Assembly: GCA_963805855.1 (NCBI GenBank)
Contig: CAWDVW010000005.1
Location: forward strand, 640,001 to 704,000
Direction of reading: 5' to 3'
Length of the DNA: 64,000 nucleotides
Origin: Candidatus Dadabacteria bacterium
GTDB lineage: Bacteria > Desulfobacterota_D > UBA1144 > Nemesobacterales > CSP1-2
Below, piece after piece: positions 47,857-57,701 of the stretch. Below the pieces are notes generated by a model. The model saw only the letters and a list, made by a program, of their open reading frames with translations, had not been told where the DNA came from and did no database searches. The stretch's first letter is position 1. Every line of letters begins with the position of its first letter. Made by a program: the position numbers and the translations under genes.

Positions 47857-48207
47857 ATGAGAATAATTAAATCTTTGCTTTTTGCCGTATTTCTTATCCA
47901 ATTTTCAATCGTTTTGCTGCCCGGTTGCGAGCGATTATTTAATCCTTTTACAGGCGAGTGGAAGGCGGGTATCCTCACACTCGAATTTAAAGGCGATAAA
48001 GAATTCAAGCTTATCATAGGTGATACAATTTCAATTAACTTAAAGGGAAATTACAGCTATAATAACGATAAACTACTTCTAAATATCGACGGTGGCAGCG
48101 CTGTAAGTTTTTCCTATGAATTTAACAAAGAAAAGGACGAACTCTTATTGACTCCGGAAGCAGAATTCGAATATATTAGAACTGCTGTAAGGCTTCACAG
48201 GGAATGA
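47857..48207 (+). CDS. Hypothetical lipoprotein
   Basis: Signal peptide with LLPGC lipobox and a beta-rich mature region. Confidence 0.7.
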   Translation: MRIIKSLLFAVFLIQFSIVLLPGCERLFNPFTGEWKAGILTLEFKGDKEFKLIIGDTISINLKGNYSYNNDKLLLNIDGGSAVSFSYEFNKEKDELLLTPEAEFEYIRTAVRLHRE

Positions 48208-48230
48208 TTTTACAGGCGGGTAGCCTAATC

Positions 48231-48570
48231 CTTTTCAGAATGAAAAAAAACTTCAAAGACATTCCAAAAATTGCGTTAAGATAATCGGAAAGGAAGGCGT
48301 TAAGAAAATTTGCAGGTCGTGGTTGGATAAATTTTTTAGTGGTTATGTCATCCCCGAGGACTTTTGTCGGGGATCCATCCCCGCCAAAAACATGCGGGGA
48401 CATAGGCTGGATTCCTGCTTACAATCCGCGGGAATGACAACAAGGCGCCGGGCCTGTCCTGAATCCTGAGCCTGGAGCTTAGTCGAAAGGTCGGACTATC
48501 GAATGGCCTTTCCTGAACTCAGCCGAAGGGTTGCTCACTTGTATCAAGATAGAGAAGTGAGAAAGAAAAA
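48231..48570. repeat. Nested repeat cluster (four families)
   Basis: Outer parts match the 44560-44752 element in reverse. The interior has a TGTCATCCCC...GGGAATGACA doublet (48346-48439), a small hairpin (48378-48400) and CCTGA..CGAAGG units (48452-48530). Confidence 0.8.
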
Positions 48571-48590
48571 ACATTATAAGGAGGAGCGAG

Positions 48591-49031
48591 ATGGCAAGAA
48601 CCAAATCAAATCCAGTTAATCAAACCAGACAGAGGCCATTTATAACGGAGAAGGCTGTCATTTTGAAGCTACCCATTATCTTCAGCCTTATATTTTACAT
48701 CGGGTGTGCCACACTGTCTAGCAATGCAGTCGGGCCGCCTCCGGATCCTGTGAGTGTTAAGGAAATTGTAGAGATGACCGAAGCGGGATTACCTTCAGAG
48801 ATAATTATCAACAAAATCCAACAGTCTCAAACTGTTTACAGACTTCAGGCCAGCCAATTGGTACAGCTCAAGGAGATGGGTGTATCGAATGAAGTAATAA
48901 ATTACATGCAACAGACATATATTGACGCTGTTCGTCAAAATCAGGCTTACGATGATTGGTCAAATTTTACCCTTGCCGATGACGGTTTCTGGTATGGCGG
49001 GCCATTCTATGGCGGACCATTCTGGTATTAA
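48591..49031 (+). CDS. Hypothetical probable lipoprotein
   Basis: AGGAGG RBS, hydrophobic stretch ending YIGC, helical EIVEM..AG...IINKI...L..LKEMGVS..VI.YM motif, aromatic tail. Confidence 0.7.
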   Translation: MARTKSNPVNQTRQRPFITEKAVILKLPIIFSLIFYIGCATLSSNAVGPPPDPVSVKEIVEMTEAGLPSEIIINKIQQSQTVYRLQASQLVQLKEMGVSNEVINYMQQTYIDAVRQNQAYDDWSNFTLADDGFWYGGPFYGGPFWY

Positions 49032-49099
49032 GACCCTAGCGAAAGGATTCTTGCTCATTACAAAGTTCTAACTGTGATCGAAACATCTAACGTTTTTGA

Positions 49100-49372
49100 A
49101 TGATTAGTAGCCTCCTCGGAGCTTTCATCAATGTCACAATACTCACGCGTGGGGCACATTGGCTATTAAAGAAAAGGGTTTCAGATGACCACAAGAGATC
49201 AATTATAGTATTCGGTTCCGTGACCCTTCTTGACTTTGTCATATGGACGATAAACAAGGATTTATTATCGGCGCTCCACATAATGCTCTTCTATTATGTT
49301 CCATTCCTGATTTTATGGCTTGTAACCGATATATTAAGAGCGAGAAAGAAAAGAAATGCCATTCGAAACTGA
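49100..49372 (+). CDS. Hypothetical small membrane protein
   Basis: 90-aa ORF with three hydrophobic segments, overlapping the next gene's start. Confidence 0.55.
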   Translation: MISSLLGAFINVTILTRGAHWLLKKRVSDDHKRSIIVFGSVTLLDFVIWTINKDLLSALHIMLFYYVPFLILWLVTDILRARKKRNAIRN

Positions 49373-50345
49373 ACGGACTGTAGCAACACAGGCAGTGGTT
49401 AAGGCGTGCAGGCTCTGTGAGACGGTTCGGTCGTCTCTATCATCCGGGGGGTCAATCCTGAAAAAGGATAGGACGCCTGTCACGGTTGCAGACTTTGGTT
49501 CGCAGGCATTGATCAACCTGGAGCTGATGAGTTCATTTAATTATCCAGTCATGGCTGAAGAGGAGGGCTCCGCTCTCCAGTCACCGGATTATAATCATAT
49601 TAAATCAAAGGTCTTAGAATACGTCAACGGGATATACCCCGGTTTGTCGGAGGAAAAAATAATTGCTGCCATTAATAACAGCGACTATAAAGGTGGGCAC
49701 CCCGGTAGATTTTGGACTCTTGATCCTATTGACGGCACGAAGGGTTTTCTCCGTAACGAGCAGTATGCAATTGCCCTAGCCCTGATTGAAAATGGTAAAG
49801 TTGTTCTTGGCATTTTAGGCTGCCCTAATCTACCTCGAAATCTAGAGAATCCAGATGCTCAGAAGGGATGCCTATTCATAGCGGTAAGGGGCAGTGGCAC
49901 AGTAACGAGACAATTAGACGATCCCGAAGAACGACCGGTTGTAGTAGCCGACATAGACGATCCAAGCCGAGCAATCGTGTGTGAGTCGGTCGAGCCCTCG
50001 CACTCCTCGCAGACCGATTCGGATAAGTTCCGAGGAATTCTCAAAATCCAATCCCCTCCGATCCGTATGGACAGCCAGTGCAAGTATGGCCTAGTCGCAC
50101 GGGGTGATTCATCGATCTACCTAAGAATCCCGACATCATCTGATTATACAGAGAAGGTATGGGATCATGCAGCAGGTTTGATAATAGTGGAAGAAGCCGG
50201 TGGTAGGGTTACAGACGTGTTTGGCAATCCAGTCGACTTCTCGGTCGGACGAGGCTTAGAGCGCAACAAAGGAATAGTCGCTACAAATGGAAGGCTCCAC
50301 AGTAGGATTATTAGCGCTCTAAAGGATGGGGTCAGGCATGAATAA
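49356..50345 (+). CDS. 3'(2'),5'-bisphosphate nucleotidase, HAL2/SAL1-like
   Basis: KKDRTPVTVADFGSQA, AEE, WTLDPIDGTKGFLR..QYA, DSQCKY, EKVWDHAAG. Confidence 0.93.
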   Translation: MPFETERTVATQAVVKACRLCETVRSSLSSGGSILKKDRTPVTVADFGSQALINLELMSSFNYPVMAEEEGSALQSPDYNHIKSKVLEYVNGIYPGLSEEKIIAAINNSDYKGGHPGRFWTLDPIDGTKGFLRNEQYAIALALIENGKVVLGILGCPNLPRNLENPDAQKGCLFIAVRGSGTVTRQLDDPEERPVVVADIDDPSRAIVCESVEPSHSSQTDSDKFRGILKIQSPPIRMDSQCKYGLVARGDSSIYLRIPTSSDYTEKVWDHAAGLIIVEEAGGRVTDVFGNPVDFSVGRGLERNKGIVATNGRLHSRIISALKDGVRHE

Positions 50346-50374
50346 ATGAATTATTCACCAGATGAACCTATACT
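50346..50374 (+). promoter_or_regulatory. Putative sigma-70 promoter for a leaderless transposase mRNA
   Basis: ATGAAT-N17-TATACT, then 7 nt to the ATG at 50382, with no Shine-Dalgarno. Spacing is conserved in the 57421 copy. Confidence 0.5.
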
Positions 50375-50381
50375 TTCCCGT

Positions 50382-51323
50382 ATGGCAAGGAAGCCAAGAA
50401 TCCACATTCCAGGTGGTCTTTACCATGTGATTCTCAGAGGAAACGCTGGTAACGCAATTTTTAAAGAAGACCAAGACTACAACCACCTATGCCTTCTGAT
50501 TCAAATAGGGGTAGAAAGATACTCACACAGAATCCATGCGTTTTGCTTTATGACTAACCATATTCACCTTGCTATACAGGTTGCTCAAATTCCACTTTCT
50601 AAAATCATGCATAACCTAGCGTTTCGCTATACTCAATGGGTAAATAAACGAAATAATAGCACTGGGCACATATTTCAAGGAAGGTACAAAGCAATTTTGG
50701 TAGATGCAGAAAATTACTTACTGGAGCTTGTCAGATATATTCACCTAAACCCAGTGAGAGCAAAGCTAGTTACCTTTCCTCACGAATATAACTGGAGCAG
50801 TCATAATGTTTATCTTGGCAGGGAGAAATTAACATGGCTTAGTACAAATTGGGTATTAAGCCACTTTGGTGATGATTATAGTGTGGCCAAAGACCGATAT
50901 GAAGAATTCGTGAATGATGGGATTGTGCAAGAATATAGCAATCAGTTTTACTTAGGAAGGACTGATTCACGAGTGTTAGGAGATGATGATTTTTTTGAGA
51001 ACGCCGAGGAACAAGATAGAAGAACAGACAATAAAAAGAAACCTCTATTAAGCGAAATAGTAAGTCGGGTGTGTTTAGAATACAAGATAAGAGAAGGCGA
51101 CCTAAAGGGAACAAGTAGGAATCGAGAACTAGCTTATGCAAGAGGTTTAATTGGTTATATAGCAAGTGAGTTAGGGACTTCGAGTCTTAAGGAGGTCGCT
51201 GAGCTCCTTAACAGAGATCCGTCAGCTTTAAGCAAGCTAGTGGTCAGAATAAACAAAAGGTTCAAAGAATCTGAAGAGCATGAAAATAGGAAAAATAAAA
51301 TCATAAGTTATCTAACAGCATAG
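50382..51323 (+). CDS. RAYT-like HUH (Y1) transposase with C-terminal HTH
   Basis: MARKPR...YHVILRGN, CFMTNHIHL, GHIFQGRY, YIHLNPVRA, YNWSS. C-terminal SLKEVAELLNRDPSAL helix-turn-helix. Confidence 0.93.
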   Translation: MARKPRIHIPGGLYHVILRGNAGNAIFKEDQDYNHLCLLIQIGVERYSHRIHAFCFMTNHIHLAIQVAQIPLSKIMHNLAFRYTQWVNKRNNSTGHIFQGRYKAILVDAENYLLELVRYIHLNPVRAKLVTFPHEYNWSSHNVYLGREKLTWLSTNWVLSHFGDDYSVAKDRYEEFVNDGIVQEYSNQFYLGRTDSRVLGDDDFFENAEEQDRRTDNKKKPLLSEIVSRVCLEYKIREGDLKGTSRNRELAYARGLIGYIASELGTSSLKEVAELLNRDPSALSKLVVRINKRFKESEEHENRKNKIISYLTA

Positions 51324-51355
51324 AAAATAATTCATTTATTCATGCCTGACCCCGT

Positions 51356-51910
51356 TTATTTGAGAAGCTTTGAAATCGTCTTAAATTCTTCGGTGCCAGC
51401 GCGCTCCAAAAGCTGAAATACGAATGCCTCCGTCGTTCCAACAACTGCTCCGGCCTTTTCTATGAGGCATATCCCCTTCTCCCAGTCAAGGTCTTTTCTG
51501 GATGCGACCGCATCAGCAGGGACATATAACACATAACCACCATTAATCATATCTATTACAGTCTGTAGCACGCATACGTGAGTCTCTATTCCACAAATAA
51601 GCGCCTCGCGTTTATGTGTTTTCTCTATGGCCGATTTAAATTCAGGAGATCTTGCACAACTAAACACGACCTTCTCAATCGGTTTGAATCCGTCTCCAAC
51701 GCAATCCTTAATTTCAGGGATTGTTGGACCTAATCCCCTTGGATACTGTTCGGTCACGGTTATCGGGATCTCAAAAGTTTTAGCCGCTTCAATCAAGACA
51801 GCTGCGCTCTTTATGATTGATTCACGTTTTCGTTCAGGAATTGCGTTCATCAGCCTTTCCTGCATGTCAATTACAACGAGTGACAAATTTTCCCTTCGAA
51901 CAAAATCCAT
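51356..51910 (-). CDS. Isochorismatase-family hydrolase
   Basis: VVIDMQERL, TEQYPRGLGPT, K..FSC, GIETHVCVLQT. Confidence 0.93.
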   Translation of the reverse strand: MDFVRRENLSLVVIDMQERLMNAIPERKRESIIKSAAVLIEAAKTFEIPITVTEQYPRGLGPTIPEIKDCVGDGFKPIEKVVFSCARSPEFKSAIEKTHKREALICGIETHVCVLQTVIDMINGGYVLYVPADAVASRKDLDWEKGICLIEKAGAVVGTTEAFVFQLLERAGTEEFKTISKLLK

Positions 51911-51957
51911 GCCGATTCCCTCGACTTCAATTAGTTATCTGCTTGATTGCTTCAACC

Positions 51958-53277
51958 CTATTCGTTGGAATTTTCAGCTATTGATTTCACAAACTCCTTG
52001 GTCAGCCATCTTTTTATCCGTTCCTGCGAACCCTTCCCTATTATATTTCTTATTTTTCGCAGTGATATGACCGCCTTAGCCGCAGACCTATGCCCTCCAG
52101 CGCTCCCAATTTCTCCGAACAAATCCCTAACAATACGACCAGCGCTTTTCTTAAAACCAATATTTCTTACCGAGATGACAAGATAAGAGTTACTTATTAT
52201 TCCAAATGCGATAGACCACCCAACGCCCTTTACCTGAATGCCAAAATCAGCCATCTTAGGGATTAAATATTCCCTTTTTACCCTGCCGAGATTGACAAAG
52301 AAAATGCCATCGGATATCCAGTGATCCGCCAGTGCTTTCCCGAAACACTTAAGATCGGATGGCGGAATCTCCGCCCTTTCGATTCTCCTTAATAATCCAA
52401 GGTTTGCATGAGGATAAAGAAAGGTAAACGCATCTATATCATCCGGATTCGCGTCGCGGCTTAATGAAACGGTATCGGTCTTAATCCCATAAAGAAGGCA
52501 TGTGGCAAGTCTTTCTGATATCTCAACCTGAGCCGCGCGGAGGAAGCTCGTCAAAATCGTAGATGTTGCCCCTTCTTCAGACCTGATCTCAGAAAACTTG
52601 GATCTATAAGAGCCAACCTGGGGATGATGGTCAATAACACTATCAACATCGGGGAGAATATTGCCAAAGTAAGGTGGTTGGACATCAACAAGTGCTATCG
52701 AATCAAAATCTTTAATATCTTTATTATCGAGTTCCTCCAGGTCGATATCGAGCTGCTCTATCATCGCCACGTTTTCAGGGCGCGACACCTTCTCTCCAAG
52801 ATGGCCTATTATAGCTGTCTGACGATTCCTCTTTAGTAATGTTCTAAGTGCGAGAGCACTGGCAATTCCATCAGGGTCGGGATTGTAATGAAGCAATATC
52901 AACATTTTCTTCGCTCCATCATGTGCCCTTCTCAATTCTTCTACCCTAATCTCCGTTTTTGCGAATTTTTCCTCTCTGGCAATTTGACTGGAAAGTATCT
53001 CATTAAATGCAACGAATCTGACCCAAGGCGGAGGCTCTGACGGCTTGTCGATATCACTCACGATCATCGGGGTGTTTGGGTAATGTGCATGGATCTCCTT
53101 AGAAACATCTTTGGAAAAACAATTTTTTTCAATCATGATCATAGTAAAATTCCCAGTTTGATTTAAAGCCTCTTCGATAGAGCTCACCCAGATTACTTCG
53201 CCTCTCTTCGAGAAGAGACCATGAAGCAATGAATCAAAATCACCGATAAACAAATATCTCCTAAGTTCGTCCTGCAT
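51958..53277 (-). CDS. DHH/DHHA1 phosphoesterase (NrnA-like) with N-terminal extension
   Basis: HYNPDPDGIASA, LVD, IDHH, GIKTDT, AGGH. Confidence 0.88.
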   Translation of the reverse strand: MQDELRRYLFIGDFDSLLHGLFSKRGEVIWVSSIEEALNQTGNFTMIMIEKNCFSKDVSKEIHAHYPNTPMIVSDIDKPSEPPPWVRFVAFNEILSSQIAREEKFAKTEIRVEELRRAHDGAKKMLILLHYNPDPDGIASALALRTLLKRNRQTAIIGHLGEKVSRPENVAMIEQLDIDLEELDNKDIKDFDSIALVDVQPPYFGNILPDVDSVIDHHPQVGSYRSKFSEIRSEEGATSTILTSFLRAAQVEISERLATCLLYGIKTDTVSLSRDANPDDIDAFTFLYPHANLGLLRRIERAEIPPSDLKCFGKALADHWISDGIFFVNLGRVKREYLIPKMADFGIQVKGVGWSIAFGIISNSYLVISVRNIGFKKSAGRIVRDLFGEIGSAGGHRSAAKAVISLRKIRNIIGKGSQERIKRWLTKEFVKSIAENSNE

Positions 53278-53292
53278 AAAATGATCACACGA

Positions 53293-54123
53293 TTAAATTA
53301 CTTTTCGATTTCGATTAATAACTCCTTTCTTATCACATGCTTTGCTCAAACCACTGACAAATTCTCCGGCTCTACTGAGCAGCGACACTCTATCTTTACC
53401 ATCTTTTTCAATTATTCTTACGAGCGCACTCCCAACAATAACAGCATCCGCCAACCTAGCTATTTTACTCACCTGCGAAGGAGTTGATACACCAAACCCG
53501 ACTCCAACCGGAAGTCTGATATGTTTTCTAATCTCACCAATAACAGGTTCGAGCGAATAATCCAAATTGGGTCTCTCTCCCGTTACGCCCGTAACAGACA
53601 CCAGATATACAAATCCGCTTGCATGCTCGGCGACCAGATTAATCCTCTCAGCCGTACTGTTGGGAGCCAATAAGAAGACCAGATTAAGTCCCTTATTATC
53701 CGTATGAATTTTAAATTCCTCCGCTTCTTCTGGAGGCAGATCAACACTCAGTATTCCATCCACTCCTGCCTCACTGGCATCAGCTGCCAGCTTTTCCAGC
53801 CCGTAAGCAAAAAATGGATTGTAGTAACCAAATAATAAAAGTGGTATCTCAGAATGCTTTCTAATTTTTCTAACCGCATCAAGAACCCCGTGGAGGGTTG
53901 TTCCGCTGTTTAGCGCCCTCTCAGAAGCAAGCTGGATTGTGGGGCCATCGGCCATTGGATCAGAAAAGGGTACGCCCAGTTCTACTATATCAGCACCGCT
54001 TTTTTCCAGCTGAAATACAATATCCGGTGTTAGTTCAAGTGTTGGATCGCCAGCTGTAATATATGTTACCAATGCCGCTCTCTCTTTTTCCCTCAGCTCC
54101 TGAAATTTTCGCTCAATTCTCAT
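53293..54123 (-). CDS. trpA: Tryptophan synthase alpha
   Basis: YITAGDP, ELGVPFSDPMADGPTIQ, VDLPPEE, VSVTGVTG, GFGV. Confidence 0.97.
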   Translation of the reverse strand: MRIERKFQELREKERAALVTYITAGDPTLELTPDIVFQLEKSGADIVELGVPFSDPMADGPTIQLASERALNSGTTLHGVLDAVRKIRKHSEIPLLLFGYYNPFFAYGLEKLAADASEAGVDGILSVDLPPEEAEEFKIHTDNKGLNLVFLLAPNSTAERINLVAEHASGFVYLVSVTGVTGERPNLDYSLEPVIGEIRKHIRLPVGVGFGVSTPSQVSKIARLADAVIVGSALVRIIEKDGKDRVSLLSRAGEFVSGLSKACDKKGVINRNRKVI

Positions 54124-54439
54124 CGCTGTCACCCGAAAACCCCACATAATAGCAATTTCATGCTCATCTAATCTGTGACTGGGAATTCTGTGGGATTATT
54201 TTAATTAAAGGAGATGGTATATCTAAATATGAAATTCCAAACCTGCAACTTGGGAAAAAAACACATAACGAATTTAACTGTTTCTTCCTAAAAGTCAACG
54301 AAATATCCTTAAGGTATATTGTAAAAGAGATCCCCATCTCGTACACGATTTTATACCATAGTCGTAGAAGCATCAAGTACCTGTTGTTTGTTGAGAACGG
54401 GAAGGAAGTTTTTCTGATTAAGTATTACTGGTAAATGAG

Positions 54440-55633
54440 TTAACCTACAATGCCGGAAACAGTATGGATATCCTTATCACCTCGTCCCGAAAGGCAGATG
54501 ATTATTATCGAATCCTTCGGCATAGTCGGTGCAACTTTTATCGCATGAGCCAGTGCATGAGCTGTTTCAAGGGCAGGAATTATACCCTCGGTTTGTGAGA
54601 GGAATCTAAATGCATCTAAGGCCTGGTCATCAGTCACTGCGGTGTAAGAAACTCTTTTTATATCACTTAGCATGGAATGTTCGGGCCCAACCCCAGGATA
54701 ATCAAGACCAGCCGCTATCGAATGTGTTCCCGTTATCTGCCCGTTACCGTCCTGCAGGATATATGTTTTACTGCCATGTAGAACGCCTAATTTGCCGGCG
54801 GCTATGCTAGCCGCATGTTTTCCAGTCTCGAGTCCATATCCTGCAGCTTCGACCCCGGTCATTTTCACCTCTTCGTCATCTAGAAACGGATAAAAAAGCC
54901 CCATTGCATTAGATCCCCCGCCTACGCATGCGACAAGAAGGTCGGGCAACCGAGATTCCTTGTCTAATATCTGGTTCCTGGCCTCATGTCCAATAATAGA
55001 TTGAAAGTCTCGCACCATCATGGGATAGGGATGAGGACCGGCAACGCTTCCAATTATATAGAATGTGTTCCTCACATTCGTTATCCAATCCCTCATGGCC
55101 TCATTCATCGCATCCTTCAGTGTCTGGGTTCCTGACTTGACCTCATTAACCTTGGCTCCCAGTAGCTTCATCCGGAACACATTAATAGCCTGCCTTTTTG
55201 TGTCTTCGAGACCCATAAATATTTCACATTCCACATTTAGCAAAGCCGCGACTGTAGCAGTCGCGACCCCGTGTTGTCCGGCTCCGGTTTCAGCTATTAC
55301 CCTCTTTTTCCCCATACGCGACGCAAGCAAGGCCTGACCTATCGTATTATTGATCTTATGTGCCCCAGTATGAGCTAGGTCTTCACGTTTAAGATAAATC
55401 CTCGCTCCTCCCAGTTTCTTCGTCATTCTGCCTGCAAAATAAAGGGGTGTTGGTCGACCGGCATATTCGGTTAGATAATAATTTAGCTCCTCCTTAAATT
55501 TGAGATCATCCTTTATTTCAAGATAAGCCCTCTCAAGCTCCAGTAGAGCAGGCATAAGTGTTTCAGATACGTATCTTCCCCCAAATTTTCCGAAATGACC
55601 CATTTCATCGGGTACTCTTAACTTAGTTTCCAT
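54440..55633 (-). CDS. trpB: Tryptophan synthase beta
   Basis: [44 protein letters not shown]. Confidence 0.98.
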   Translation of the reverse strand: METKLRVPDEMGHFGKFGGRYVSETLMPALLELERAYLEIKDDLKFKEELNYYLTEYAGRPTPLYFAGRMTKKLGGARIYLKREDLAHTGAHKINNTIGQALLASRMGKKRVIAETGAGQHGVATATVAALLNVECEIFMGLEDTKRQAINVFRMKLLGAKVNEVKSGTQTLKDAMNEAMRDWITNVRNTFYIIGSVAGPHPYPMMVRDFQSIIGHEARNQILDKESRLPDLLVACVGGGSNAMGLFYPFLDDEEVKMTGVEAAGYGLETGKHAASIAAGKLGVLHGSKTYILQDGNGQITGTHSIAAGLDYPGVGPEHSMLSDIKRVSYTAVTDDQALDAFRFLSQTEGIIPALETAHALAHAIKVAPTMPKDSIIIICLSGRGDKDIHTVSGIVG

Positions 55634-56237
55634 TTCTTACCGCCTTTATGAATGCTTTTAACTTAACCGGGTTTTTCTTGCCTGGATAGTCTTCCACACC
55701 CGAGCTGACATCAACCGCATAGGGATTGACAATATCGATAGCTTCGGCGACATTCTCAGGGGTAAGTCCACCTGATAGAATAACACTCTTTGACACGGCT
55801 ATACGCTTGAGCAATTCCCAATTGAAACTTCTTCCCGTTCCTCCAAAATCCTCTGTTGAGTATGCATCAAACAATAAGGCCTGTACGGGAAAAGAGTCGA
55901 TATCGTCCTGATTTATGCGATCCTTTACTCTCATCGCCTTTATAACTGAATTGCCCAGCTCTCTGCAATAATCTGGTTCTTCGTCTCCATGAAGCTGAAA
56001 AAGATCAAACCCAATTTCTCTTTTCATAGATTTAAGCTCCTCCACACTTTGGTTGACAAACACCCCAACTGTCTTCACAAATGGAGGGAGCTTCGAGATA
56101 ATCCCCAACGCGTCTTCTGAGCTTATGTATCTCTTGCTATATCTGTAGAAAATAAACCCAAGGGCGTCCGCTCCTAAATCTAACGCTAAAAAAGCGTCAT
56201 TTAAATTGGTAATCCCGCAGATTTTGATTTTAGTCAT
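55623..56237 (-). CDS. trpF: Phosphoribosylanthranilate isomerase
   Basis: [35 protein letters not shown]. Confidence 0.97.
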   Translation of the reverse strand: MTKIKICGITNLNDAFLALDLGADALGFIFYRYSKRYISSEDALGIISKLPPFVKTVGVFVNQSVEELKSMKREIGFDLFQLHGDEEPDYCRELGNSVIKAMRVKDRINQDDIDSFPVQALLFDAYSTEDFGGTGRSFNWELLKRIAVSKSVILSGGLTPENVAEAIDIVNPYAVDVSSGVEDYPGKKNPVKLKAFIKAVRNGN

Positions 56238-56395
56238 TAAATTTCACAAAATTGTATAGCTTAGATCCCTAAATGTAAAATGGAAAATTATCTCTACAAG
56301 TTAGAATAATTATCTTTTTCTGATGATAATATATTATAATATTTCACCATTTCCGAAACTTACATTAGATTGTTTTACACTTTACATCTCGGTGG

Positions 56396-57442
56396 GTGAA
56401 ACTAGTGATTAAGAACGGGGCATTGATAAAGATTTCAATATTCATATTGTCTTCAATTCTATCATTCGTACTGCTTGAGATCTCCTATCGCTATATTATC
56501 TTCGGCAGTGATAGCCTGAATTATGAAAAAATGAATAGTGTCACACCACTGGGTTTATCTGGACTGATAGAACCTTCTCGCGATCGAGAAATCGTTTATC
56601 AACTTAAACCGAACCTCAATACGTACTTTAAGATGGCCAGATTTAAAACAAACTCCAAAGGACTTCGGGATAAAGAATATTCGATGGCTAAGCCAAAAAA
56701 CACCATAAGAGTGGCTGTTGTGGGCGATTCCTTAACTATGCCAGCGGGTGTGAATATCGAAGACGCTTATCACTCGATACTTGAAGAAGAATTCAATACA
56801 AGCTGTCCTAGAAAGAGTTATGAATTCATAAACTTCGCAGTAGGAGGATATTATTTAAGCCAATATTGGGCTGTCATAAGAAAGAAGGTAATGGATTGGG
56901 ATCCCGACATGATATTAATTGGTTTTTGCGAATATAACGACTTTGAAATCCCGCCAGATAAACTGCTTGAAGGCACATATAAGGTCAAAGAAAAAGGGAA
57001 TCCATTCTTCTTTCAATCGTTCGCGATACGAAGCCTTAAACAATTTTTTAAGAACCTTGGGAAAAAAGATATAGATAAAAACCAGGGAATTGACGGTAAC
57101 TCCGCCTTTACAGAGCAGCAAGTTGATTACATGCGTAGAGTTTTCTCTATGATCGGTGCACTCAGCATGGAAAAAAAGATTCCAATAGTCGTTGCAAACC
57201 TGGGAATAACACCAAGCGAACAACATGAATTGGAAGCTATCGTAACAAATAGTGGGCTCTATTATGTTGATCCCACTCATTCATTCGACGGAGCAGGAAT
57301 TTCGGAACATAGTATCTTTCCAACAGACAACCATCCAAATACCAAAGCTAATCTAGTTATTGCGAATGTAATTAGGGAATATCTGGACAAAAATAAATTA
57401 CTGGAATGCAGCAGTCCGATGGGGTCAGGCATGAATAATTGA
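56396..57442 (+). CDS. Membrane-anchored SGNH/GDSL hydrolase-like protein
   Basis: N-terminal TM, TNSKGLRD, VVGDS, INFAVGG, YND, DNHPN. The last codons and stop lie in the MITE left TIR. Confidence 0.85.
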   Translation: MKLVIKNGALIKISIFILSSILSFVLLEISYRYIIFGSDSLNYEKMNSVTPLGLSGLIEPSRDREIVYQLKPNLNTYFKMARFKTNSKGLRDKEYSMAKPKNTIRVAVVGDSLTMPAGVNIEDAYHSILEEEFNTSCPRKSYEFINFAVGGYYLSQYWAVIRKKVMDWDPDMILIGFCEYNDFEIPPDKLLEGTYKVKEKGNPFFFQSFAIRSLKQFFKNLGKKDIDKNQGIDGNSAFTEQQVDYMRRVFSMIGALSMEKKIPIVVANLGITPSEQHELEAIVTNSGLYYVDPTHSFDGAGISEHSIFPTDNHPNTKANLVIANVIREYLDKNKLLECSSPMGSGMNN

Positions 57443-57684
57443 ATTATTCGCCAGATGACTTTATAGTTTTCAGTATGGCGAGGAAGTCAGGAACCGATAT
57501 TCCAGCTGCTCTTTGCGAAGTGATTCTAAAGTAAGTTGGGTACTTCGAGTCTTGAGGAGATAGCTGAAAGCTTTAACAGAGATCCGTCAGCTTTAAGCAA
57601 GCTAGTGGTCAGAATAAACAAAAGGTTCAAAGAATCTGAAGAGCATGAAAATAGAAAATAATTCATTTATTCATGCCTGACCCC
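57421..57684 (+). mobile_element. 264-bp non-autonomous derivative (MITE) of the 50328-51353 element
   Basis: Left TIR 27/28 identical, right TIR (57657-57684) identical. Retains the 5' ~110 nt and the 3' end of the parent. Confidence 0.92.
57439..57467 (+). promoter_or_regulatory. Putative sigma-70 promoter inside the MITE
   Basis: TTGAAT-N17-TATAGT. Confidence 0.5.
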
Positions 57685-57701
57685 AGTGACCGGTGACAAA
57701 A

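Larger units (their letters stand above)
50328..51353 (+). mobile_element. 1026-bp HUH/Y1-transposase element with perfect 28-bp terminal inverted repeats
   Basis: GGGGTCAGGCATGAATAAATGAATTATT at 50328-50355 and its exact reverse complement at 51326-51353. No target duplication visible. Confidence 0.92.

Noticed and set aside
50346-50381. Longer transposase start (MNYSPDEPILSR)
   Set aside because: This ATG lies inside the TIR and is TTG in the MITE. MARKPR is the typical N-terminus for this family.
54148-54439. Gap between trpB and trpA with a 70-aa ORF and a VLDAS-like fragment (possible decayed PIN toxin)
   Set aside because: The similarity is too short and interrupted to support a call.
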